Assembly (NCBI GenBank): GCA_002633005.1
Contig: NMRA01001024.1
Span: 18,966 to 68,938, forward strand
Direction: 5' to 3'
Origin: Phoronis australis
Lineage: Eukaryota; Animalia; Phoronida
DNA length: 49,973 nt
In this document: piece by piece, positions 23,001 to 35,000 of the stretch
Numbering within the stretch: position 1 is the stretch's first letter
How the letters are laid out: each line of letters opens with the position of its first letter
Notes under the pieces: model-generated
The model's input: only the letters and a program-made list of their open reading frames with translations
What the model was told of the DNA's origin: nothing
Database searches by the model: none
Position numbers and translations under genes: made by a program

Positions 23001-26000
23001 CCCTGGAGAATGAGAAAATGATCAGATACAATCTGCAGAAAACTAGAAACAACTTGATCTGTTATAACTCCAAGATAACAAGAACATAATCTGGCATAAC
23101 TCCCACAGAACGAGAACATCATCTGATATTATAACTACCGAAGAACGAGAAAATGATACATGTATCATATGGCCAATAAGACCGAAACACCAACTGAAAA
23201 GGTGTAAATTAAGAACCTGAGGTTTCGGCCTAAGGGCCTCCAGCTGCAGTTTAAGTCTTTCTATTTCATCTTTAGCCTCCATCTCTGCCTGTTTTCTTTT
23301 CTGCTTCTCCTAGAAAAATCATCATCAACAACGTGAATGGAATAAAAAGCCCAGCCATACTAGTCTACAGTTATTCAGCATTAATATCCACCACTAGGAT
23401 TACAATTGTTGTGTATTCAAATGTAATGAAGGACTTCCAGCAATAAATACCAGTTAAGAGAGGTTACAAAACAGAAAAACAGAAAAAAAACGAAACCGTC
23501 CTAATACAATGTTATCAGGTCTAAAGGCATCAAAACGCTTCTGTTGTTATTGAGCAAAGAACGCTAATTTTTGCAAGTTGCATTGGGGTTACTTACGGTA
23601 GTTGAGCTTTTGGAGAAAATGCGTGTGGCTGACACCCAGACATAAAGGCACAATGAAAAAACAGCAGACCAACACACCAAGAATATTCAGACAAAATGAC
23701 TAGCAATTCCAGTGACAACAGATGGGCAGAAGATGCATTCATTGGTAATTTTCCCAAGAATGAAGGGGAACTAACAGAGAAAAGAAATATGGCTAAGCTA
23801 TTCTGGTATTTACAATTTTGCCGTCATGAGAGTTGTTATCAGTTAATTTAATATTTATTTTAAAAAAATGAGTCGTCATGACCGGGAAACAGTGTTTTGT
23901 CAGATTTGTTTTGTCTTGCACTGGACCATGTAAATAACTTGATCTTAATACCAGTGTGACAGTAGTAATGTCATAACCAAGTGCTATCATACTTCTTCCA
24001 GTTGCTTCTGAAGAAGAGATTTCTCATTAGCTTTTCTCTTTAGTTGTTCATCTGCTTGTTTTCTAACTCTCTCCTCTTCTTCCCTGTAATCAACCACGCA
24101 CAGTTCTGAGATATAGTGAGCATATAATGGTTAAAGTATAATACTTGAAAATCCAAAATTTCTAATTCGAAGTGGTTATTTTGCGGCCAGCAGCACATTT
24201 AACCTATCGCCAGGATTTTGAGTGACGGCTTAACTGACCAATCAGAAAGCAGCATTCTTGACACACCTTTGTTTCCAAGCCGCCATTTTACCTGGCAAAT
24301 ATGTTGTCGGGTACAACTTATGGTTTGTCTGCTGACTTTTCACAAGGGGGCGGAGTTTGCGATAGGTCAATTCTCAGTGTTATCCATAGGCATATTTTAC
24401 TTAAATGTTTTGCATGCATTTCAATAATCTATGTCAAAATACTCCAAAACATCTTTGAGAATCATCCACATTGATGAAACTGATAGCTGTTATTCGTTGT
24501 TGGTTGATGGCGAAGTATGGATTTTCCTGAATATCAACATGAAGCAAAATACTAATAATTTGGAAAAGGCAATTCCAAAAGGCATGACTACAAAGGCCAG
24601 AGTGTGGGCATCTTAAACAACAGACGTTCACACTCGCATACTATTTCGTTGTGCCACAAAAAACAAATGATTACACTCCACTCTGTAGAATTCTAAACTG
24701 CACTATTTTCTTTGTTTTGCCTGAATTTTCAATATTAAGCTTAGTTTACACAAATCTAGGGCAGGCAATATTCTCCCCTGACCCAGCCCAATTTGCATAT
24801 GATATCATCAGAGACCTTTAATTTAGTAGCTATTACATAGCTTAAAGGCGAAGGCAACCTTTTTTCATGTCATTTTGAGCTAAAATAAGGTTGGTTGGTT
24901 ATCCTAGACATTTTTTCCACTTAACTACAGCTTTTCGTAATTTTGTTAATTAGTCGTCCGCTACTCCGGAAGTGACGTTTTAGGAGGCAAGCACTTCGCG
25001 CCAATTTCTTTTCATATAGTCTGACTGTGAGAGCTGCCGAGTCAGTCATTGTTCTACCTCGGTTGTTTTAAGTTACGTCGTCGTTTGCTTTCATTTACTA
25101 GTCAGTCAACATGCCACACTGTTGCTGCGTGCCAGGATGTACTAATTATCATCTTACGCGCGCTTTGGGAGTACCTTAGCATCGCTTTCCGATGGATGAC
25201 ACACTTCGCGGTACTTGGCTCGTTCGTGTGAAGAACACAGCGTTACCCGTCCACGCAACGTACACAGCAGTGGAGAATTACCGTGTGTGGCATGCACTTT
25301 CTGCCGTCCGATTACGAAAGGGATTTGCACGCTGAACTGATGAAGGTCCCTGCGAAACAACGCCTGAAGAAGGATGCCATTCCGTCTGTGTTGATTCCCG
25401 GCAGTGTCCCGTCGCCACCCCCGAGAAGTGCGTTTTTGAAGAGAGAAGCCTCGCGAGCTGTGGCCAGTACAGTGACTGGAGCCAGTGGAGGCACTTCATC
25501 CACTGTCACCCGTGCCTCCGAACGTACCCCAGAGCGTGCCATTCCTGGAACCAGTATAGTGATTCGCCCTGTGCTGTTTTCTCCAGCCAAGAGCCTCTAA
25601 GCAGCCCTGCAGCGATATTGAGTAGTGGGAGTGCTTACAGGCCCAGTTCGACACCCAGTGAAGAGGACAGTTCGTCGTCCAGTGAACAGATCGGTGAGCC
25701 AAACTTTGATAAGTTTATTGTGGACTTGTCTAAAGTGTTGGAGCTATTTAGAAGGTGCCAGGTGTGTGGCGAGGGAGTCACACGACACGATGTAAGCAGT
25801 TTGGGTGCTCAGGTCACCATCCAGTGGGAGTGTGTCGCGGGACACTCTGGCAAGTGGGACAGTTGTTCCTCTGTCCGTGGTATGCCGGAGGTCCACTTAA
25901 CCGTGTCCAGTAGTGGCTTGGCCTCATCGAACTCTGAACAGCACAAGCATTCCATTGAGGTAGGCATAACAACGCACACAGTGCATTTGCACCAAGATGT

Positions 26001-29000
26001 GTCACCACGTCTGTCCTCAGTAGCCGCCTCGTTTCTCTCAACAGCTGCCTGTGCCTGTGCGTACTCTGCCTCGTTATACTCGGGCTCAAACATGTACCCA
26101 CCCACTGAATGTCCGTGAAAAAATTCCTCGTCACCACTGCTGTGAACAAGGTCTCCGTCACTCACACTACTGTCACTGTGATACGGGTCACCGACTCCAG
26201 CCATTTTCAGCTTACAACACACTAAACAATCCCTAAATCCAACGTAGTTGAGTTCTCTACTAACATATCTTGCCGCAGAATACTCGCCAATGAAAAGTGG
26301 TGGCGACAATTGTTGAAAAACAGCACAAAACAAAAGTAGAATAGAACAGATTCGCACGGTAAACTCAACACAAAACCAAGTGGCGGGAAACGCTTGCCTC
26401 CTAAAACGTCACTTCCGGAGTAGAGGACGAGCAATTGATAAAATTGCGAAAAGCTGTAATTAAGTGGAAAATATGTCTAGGATAACCAACCAACCTTATT
26501 TTAGCTCAAAATGACATGAAAAAAGGTTGCCTTCGCCTTTAAAAACATGCAAAACAAAGTCAAACTGCACGAGATATCACAAAACTACTGTGGTGATATT
26601 TCAACAGAATGTGACGTGTAACTTTCACGAATCCACAAAATCGTGAATAAGGCGCAAAACATACAGTTTTAACCACCCTTCCCTTCACACACACCTTCTG
26701 TACTTGTTCTCGATATCACGTTGTTTGTCCTCTTCATCTTGAGCCAATTGCTTTTGCCTAAAATCAGAGAACGACATAAACATAAAACAATCCACAAAAA
26801 ACATTTCTAATCCGTGTTGACAAATCTCATAAATGTTTGGGAGATTCTAGAGATATAAGTCATGACTATAATTGAATGTTTAAGATCCATGTAGCAATAA
26901 TCATGCCGCGATTGTTAACTTTCAGTCATGTGTTACAACTTACAACGACATGATACAGTCTAATTGATTCGCTGTATACACACCTCTCCCTCTCTGCGTC
27001 TCTTTCCTCTCTAGCCAACTTCCTGTCTTGGTGTCTAGTTCTGAATGGAATAGCTTCTCGGTGCCAATGAGTCCACGGTGGGTAGTCCGCTAATTAATGA
27101 AAAGAATGCGTCTATGCGTGGAAATAGTTTTGCATTAAAATTACTGTTTGCAAGTGATATCGGCAATTTTTTATTCATTAATCATGGAAAATTGCAATTC
27201 ATGAAATTAGCTTTTACCACCTGGATCTCAGCATTACTGACCACCCAATCCTGTTATTAAGTTAATTTCTCCGAATGCAACTGACCCACGAAAATATCGC
27301 AGGCTTGAGAAATCTTAATGACAAATTCCTCTGAATTTTTATTCATGACAATAACAGTGCTGTAATTTTTTGTTCGATTGATGACAGATTTGTTTTTAAA
27401 GAAAATTTGGTCACTAATTTTGTTACAGAAAACAGACAAAATACCTTCATCTGACAACAAAATCGCTAAAATGTCCACACACTCCAGTTGCTAATTTTAC
27501 AATGCACTTGAGTTGGAATGAGGCTGAAAAAATCTGCCAGCAGGACTGATCGCTGCCATGAGAAAACAAAAATTCATCTATTTTCTTACAGCTTAAACTG
27601 CACGTAAGCGGATAAACAGGATCGTGACAGTAACATTTTAAAATGAATTAATTCCATTAGCCACTACTTTACCATCGAGACTCTCTCATTAACTCACCCT
27701 GTGTTGGATCTAAAACTGGTAGGGATGCCTTGTCTTCTTTCATTAACGTTACTGCCAGGTCTTTATAAAAATATCTGTTGATCCAGTACTGAAACTGTCC
27801 TTGTTTCAGTTTAGGACTTTCATTCCTTATCACTGTTTCCATAGCTGCAGGCTGAAAATGAAATTTACATATTCAATAAGCAAGCTGTTATTTTATTTCA
27901 TTTGTCCTACTAACTCAGTAAGATGATCGAAGAGGCAAAGGGCTCTGTGAAATTTTACACAGTCACGTTTTTCAATATTATGTCACCTGATAAGTAAAGA
28001 ACATTACGTTGCTTGGGACGGAGTGAGTTCTGACACTATACCTCTTTTTAAATTACCAATGAGAGGTCAAACAACAAAGTGTAAGCATGTGATTAATAGA
28101 CTGATTATTGTTTAACAATGCAGAATTTGAAACAACATATTTACCGAGTCAACAGTCTTCAGTTTATCTTGCAGCAGTATTAGTAGTACAGCAGCAAAGA
28201 CAGGCAAGACGTGATCGTGGAAGCCAGGTGCATCTACACCTAACATGTACTGGTCCCACACAAACATGGTGGTGTCCATATTGAGGTAACCTGTTTGGAC
28301 AACAGCGCAGCAAATCAAGACATAACTTTATTCAACTAAAGACCTTTAATGCCCGTTAAGTTCCACTTTCAATCATTACAAGCTATTCATAACAGTCACA
28401 GCATTGGTTGCAGAAATATTAAAAAGTCGCTATCAAATAATTATCAAGTACATTGAGTTTTACGGACTTTAAAATCAGCGAATGCACGGACATAAACATT
28501 CTATAAGTTGACAATTTGGTTTATCATCAATAAATTATTCTCAAGACAAACATTTTCCACAATACTTCAGTCCGGTAACACAGGAGAACAGTCTGCATAC
28601 AGGTACACGTCATCAACATGCCTTTAGTGGAGAATGGTTTAGTGACAATAAACCAAAACATGACTAATACAATGTCTTTGTTTACGCGTGCACTGATTTT
28701 AAAGTTCGTACTCATATTTTGGCCAAAAAGAAATGTGCTAGAGTCAATGATCCTTACCAACGAACAAAGACCTGATCAAAGGCCGACACAAAGTCTTTAC
28801 ACCTTCTTCTAAAAGAGTGCGCTTGCTTGCATCAGTCTGGACAATTTTCTCTAAAAATAATAAGTTGAACCAAAACACTTTACTCTAATGCCAAGTTACA
28901 AAATGAATGTGACCGAATGAATGTGAATGGAAAAAGGTATTGTTTTTGTGAAGAATTTGACCAAGCGCCAAATTTTGATTATGTTATTGTTTATTTGGGA

Positions 29001-32000
29001 CACAATATGGAGGATGACTATTTTTGTCCCGAGTAGAATTTCACTTTTGTCAAATTCAAGGCTACTTAAAGAAACCTGTATTTTGTTGTAAGCGTGATTT
29101 GTACAGTTCAACCAACACAATGCAACATTTGGCAGTGTACCTTTGATTATTCATACCAACAGAGTACAGCATTTGAATATTAGAAAATATTCAATTTTAG
29201 CATGTTTTTCCCAATTAAAAAATTGTATCAAAGTTGTGTACGACCGTATCTACATCCCAAATGTGTATCGTTCAAAATGTTTCAATGACAATCAATTTGA
29301 CGCCAGCCATATTAAGCCACCATTTACAAATAGGCTTCATGATGAAAACAGCATCAATGCACTTTAAAGTAACTTTTTTTGTTCCAAATTTAAGAATACA
29401 ATTTGTCACTTCATCGGTCTTGTCCAAACACGCGATGAGCGTTCTCAGGATCTGGAAAGGTAAAATCTTGTCCCTGGGTTTGCGCCACAAGGTGAAAGGA
29501 AACACGGCAACTTTAAAAAAGACACAACATTGATACGAGTGCATGAGCGTATAGATCCCTGAACTTGAAAGAAAAAAAATATTGTGTATGTTTTTCAAAA
29601 TTCTGGAGAATGCGCATAGATCATCAGAGGGAGAAAAGTTGGATATTAAGTTTAGAGGAAAAAAGATATTTCGTATGCTTCTCAAAACTGCTAAACTTGG
29701 TTACTTTTTCTGGAATTTGTTAATTCACAGGTGGAAGTGAAAAACTCCCTTCAACATTATCAAGACACACTTTTGTCTGGATTGTTTAAAAGTTATTTCT
29801 GATGAGTATTTGCATCACAATCTGCAACTGAGTTGCATAAACAGAATGCAGTTATTTATCTACAAAACAAAAAGTGCAAAACAATCAAACTATACTTACC
29901 TTCTGATTGTGTGAATTTATCGGTGATGACATCAACAAGTCCTGGAGAGGCCGCAATAATATTATCTGCTGTGGCCACACAAAACGATTTGAGATCTTCA
30001 GAATCTTGCTGCAATGAATGAAAATATTTAAACGAGGTTAATGACCTGGCATAAATTGTAATTCTGTACCTCAACGCTGCTGTTTAGTAGCTTTGTGTTT
30101 TCGAGTTGTCTCCCCGGCATGCAGTTGTGTCCCTTGACCACATGTTGCAGGTTTATTACCCAGGATGTATTTGTTGTTTCTATCTGTCTGTGTTTGTTCA
30201 ATAAAATCTCTGAATTCGAGCTCTCAACTTCCATGACAGGTCACTGACTTATTGTCCACCAGTCTGAAAAGAATCTGATAGATGTGCTATATAAAGGCTG
30301 ATGAAAAGACAATAAAAGTTGCCACTAGGGGGCAACTCAGCAAAAATAAATGTCATGACATTTTTTTCATCAATTTGTACGTTTGCCAACTTCCATGAAA
30401 ATTTCGTACCTGGTGTCAGAAGTTGACTGTGGGTTTAGTTTAAAAGGTAGCTTAAGATTAAGTCCAGTAATTCATTTATAAATCACTAATTAATGCAAGC
30501 GAAACCCTAATTAATTACTTTAACAATGAAGAAGAGTAGCTACGCTAGCGCCATCTGTAAGGGTTACTTCAATCAATTAACTATAAAGTATCAAACGTCT
30601 TATCTGCTGTCCAAGCAGTGGCACCGTTGGATGGCAGTCCTGTTGGTGAATCTGTGAACTAACACACACTGTACTCTCTCGTGATGCAACACTTGCAGGC
30701 AGTATCTCACTACCCACGATGCAAGTGACAAGTTCTTAGTAAAGTCCCTATCCATTAACTCTCTTGCCCTTGCCAAATCCTCTTTAGAATCCTTCACGAG
30801 ATGGCTCTGTTGTACAATTTCTTCTGTACACTGTAGTAATTCCTACAGCTTCAACTACTAAGTCCCATCTCTACTAATAACTAATCAATATTTATTCTGA
30901 CACCTGGTTTGTCTGATAGGTAGGCGAATGGCAAAGAATAGAAAATTATAAAAAAGTCAATGATGGGTACAGAATAGGTGTAAAACTGAGCATGTGCTGT
31001 TTTCTCTGTACGAAAACTTATTTCAGAACTTTCAAGAACATCTATCTGGATAAACTTGGCAGGCATTGAAGAAAACACAGACAAAACTGTAACTCCCATT
31101 GGGGAATGCGAACCCGGTTGGACATGTCCCCGAGGTCAGTCAGCCGTGCTCTCTTCAGTAGGAGCACAATGAAAGAATGTGACAGATAACTGAGCCCCTG
31201 GGCTTGTGTTGGCCAACCTCAATTAACTCAAAAGCATGTTGTCGTGTCGCTGATGGTTTCTTTGTTCTTGTTGGTAATGGAAATGGGATCTTATCATGGT
31301 AAGTGATATTACGAGACCGAATCTTTGAGAGTATAAGATCCAATTCAATTTCCAGTTCTTAACTAACCAAACATGGCAAAGTGCAGTTTTAAAAAGGAAG
31401 TACAGGTAGGACAACACCATAATGATGAAAAAAACCTTATCTCGATCTAGTTTGGCTGATAACAGCTAAGAGGAGCCATTTTGAATTTTACCTCTGATCC
31501 AGAGTCAGTCACAAATCCTGGTCTTGAATCCATAAATGTTAGGAATTCCTCAACAAGAAGTGCAACTATTTTTCCAGAGGCAGGTTGAGTTCTAAAAAAG
31601 AAACAGATGTCGTTTTTGAAATTTTTGAGAGGATTTAAACAGTTGGCAATAACAACACAGCAAGAACTTGTTGAATACTTGTACCCTGCTTTATTCAAAA
31701 CCTTCACTTTCATGTAATCAGTTGATGTGTCTAAGTTCAACTTGGTAAAATTATAATGCAAAAATGAATAGAAAACCAAGCAAAAACAATGTCACATCTA
31801 AAGCAATATAACCTTAGAGATTGAGTTGTACATGCCAGATAAACAATCCATTGAGATTTAGTCAGATTTAGTTATCCATTACTTTGGAGTTTATTTGCAA
31901 TTTCACGAAAATTCTTACCTTAACACATTTTGTTAGTTCTTGAGGAACACTAAGTTGACATATACACTGTGCTTAATGAATGTTGAAGGAACAGCTTTTT

Positions 32001-35000
32001 TAACAATTTGAGAAATGAGGTCAATTTTTATGGCAATGGTGTTGCAGTTCAGCAGTTTTTCTGAACTGAACATTAATCGTGTAAATTGTACCTCATACAG
32101 ACGCAGAGAGTGAGGCATGTTAAAACAGGAGGACAGGACGGAAATGATGAGGTTCATCTGTTGTTTGCCCTTGAAAGTCTTCCTCGATAGTATTGTTTTG
32201 AGTGCTGCATTGGACACACTCAATAACAGAGATGACAGCAGTATACACCGCATGTATTAATCCACAACTCTGAGATATACCTAGTAGTCTGTACAAACCA
32301 GATAACCAGCATACTAGGCACTTGAATGTACTTGGGAATTCCCGACAACAAACCACATGCCAGGTAAACAACCCACCTGGATATCCCTGGTGATGCCAGG
32401 TACACAAATGGAATCACCAGCAGAAAGTCTATATCAGACAAGCTGTCCGAAGTCTTCATACTGGCATGATGGAATGAGAGAACAGCTTTCATGGCATAAA
32501 ACGCCCCTAAAGACAACAAGAATGCTTTTAAATGAAAATCACAGTTTTCGATAACAGTACGTGGTTACAGAGGGTACATAAATTGTTGCAAAACAGTGGC
32601 TTATAGTTCGGAAGCTGCATTTCGGAAGGAGCTTTGCATGAACATGGATCATGAGCAATGTTAGTTAACCCTGCTCTTCATAGGTGGTGCATAAAAGGAC
32701 CACATGGTGTTGACCCCTAAATTCTATTTACCAGGGCTTGACTGTCAACTTGCGAAATGTGACCTGGCAAAATCCCAAGTTATCAAAGGGGAATAAGGTT
32801 GACAAAACAAGAAAACCATGTAAGCTGGAGAGCGAAACTCCTGGGAGACAAAAATGGGGCATACATGGTTGCAGCGGGAAATGAAAAATCGGAATACCTG
32901 AATTGATTACAGAAGAACCGCAAACCTGTAAATTTTCAGTCAACTTTTTGTTCAGCCAAACAGATAATTCAAGGTACAATGTGAGCTTTACACTGTGGGA
33001 TCCATTCCCATGTAGACCCACCTCCTAAGTGAGGGAGAAGCAGGTAACCCTCACTGATACTTTTGTGCAACAGTCATTTTACTTTTTGAAAAACAATTCC
33101 AAAAAGATCTACTTGCTGTTAGTAGTGTTTGGAGCGCATGCTCGGACATGTGCTTAGCAACTGCGCCGTGACTTGGGATTTTTAAAAGGTCGTCAAACAG
33201 AATCTGAGGTCCCATTAGCCACGTGTAGGTTGCCAAACCTATCCCTCCTCGAAAAAAAATATTCTGAGGGTAACAGAATACGCTGCTAGCACAATCTGCT
33301 CGACTTTGGTTGATATAAAATTATATTAACCTGATGATGAATGATAAGTGTGATATCAATATGAGCATCCCTCAAACCATCATTAACGGAAAACCCATTT
33401 TGATCATTTGTCATTACTCAGTTATAGGTAAGCATATAGATTACTATGATTGATGATAAACCTTGCATGACAAATTAAATCAACTGTGAAATCAATTCTT
33501 ATGAAAGATATACATCACAGCATATCAATCGTATGAATTTATCCTAAATAAAATATCAGATAAGAGTACATTACGATCAGCCAAATGTCTGCAACACGTT
33601 GGAATAAGTTTGTCATTTCAACATCTATTTCAATAGCTAATAAAAGCTCCTTTCAACACCAAACTACCAATAATTTACCACTGAACAAACACATGTTCAA
33701 TTCATTGGAAATTTTAATTTTAAATGGCTAAAACAGAAGCTAGGCTTAATGATAAGTTTTCTTTCTAGTTTAGCTCTTAAAACCATTTTAAGTACATTAA
33801 ATCTGGGATCTTTAGTATGACATGATAGTTGAATCTTACCAATGGACCCTTTGAGCTCATACAGTGGAGATGACAAAAGCTGTTCACATTTCTGAGAGAT
33901 TTCCAAGTCTTGTGGAGAGATTGCAGTCCGTGGGTTGGTTGACAAGATGTCCAGATAGTGTTTTCGGACTAAGTTAATGAAGAAAAAAAACCTTGTTGGT
34001 AACTTTTTACAAAGTTCTTGGACAATACAATTGGTTTTAGCAGTAATTCAATATGTAAACTTGTGTCCAAGCCAAAAATGTGCACACCAACTAATCCACA
34101 AATGAAGTTATCACCAGGGCACTGCTTCATGACTAATAACCCACAGCACCCATGGTTCGTCAAACTATCGATGCAGCCTGTAACCAATTCCTGCTTTCTA
34201 TGCATGCGAAATGCTACGCCATGGTATTGAACTAGTGTTTTGAGCTTGGGAACATTTAATAAGTTTAAGGTACAACCCACCGCCTCCCGGAGTAAGTCCG
34301 CTATTACCCATACTGTTTTGAGCCATAATCGCAAAAGATTCAATAGCGTTATGACTGCCACAAAAGCCAATCCCAGAGCAAACTCCACTATTACCCATAC
34401 CAGTGGTGCCATCCTCGCAAAAGATTTGCAAACTGCTAACTAAGGTGTACTTGAGAACAATGTGACTTGCAAGCATGGAAAAGACCGTCTCAAAACGGAC
34501 AGCAACAAAGACTTGACAGTTTAACAGTCAGGGCACATATGCTTACCAGGTCCATTGTTGAGGAACAGCCGCCAGGATACCTTCCTTAGAGTGTCTGGCA
34601 ATGACCTGTTTAAACAAGCTCGCAGTTTGGACTTCATTTCAGGCCACTTTCGCAACAAAGCAACAGCGCCATCTTGTGCATGATCAAGAATCATTTCGCT
34701 TTTGGTATCAGACGGGTAATCTTCCAGAAGATGTTCAGCAATGTCATCACTCATGTGTTGATCAAGAGAAAGGGACACGCGCTTGAATAAATCCCCATAA
34801 GATTTTCCTGAAGTGGAACAACGAATTTTATTGTCAATTTCCAGTATCCAGTAGAAAAAATCTCACACACAAAAAACAAAGAAGCACACACACAAAATTA
34901 CGGATCTAAGAAAAAGTCTGCTATATTGCAGATATCTTCCAGAGGCGTCATGGCACAGTGCTCCAAAAATATCTCAGGCTTGAGTTAAAAGCTAATTATA

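Larger units (their letters stand above)
24846..26538. mobile_element. Kolobok DNA transposon, internally deleted, intronic
   Basis: TTAA TSD at 24842-24845 and 26539-26542; AG...CT termini; ~158-bp imperfect TIRs (24846-25003, 26381-26538); convergent THAP-transposase and KolX fragments. Confidence 0.9.

Noticed and set aside
30600-30845. Possible extra exon ELLQCTEEIV...
   Set aside because: No polypyrimidine tract and no good donor. Flanking exons already join in phase.
31146-31167. GTGCTC..GAGCAC hairpin with CTGAAGA on the minus strand
   Set aside because: No downstream GAAA core; probably part of a dispersed repeat.
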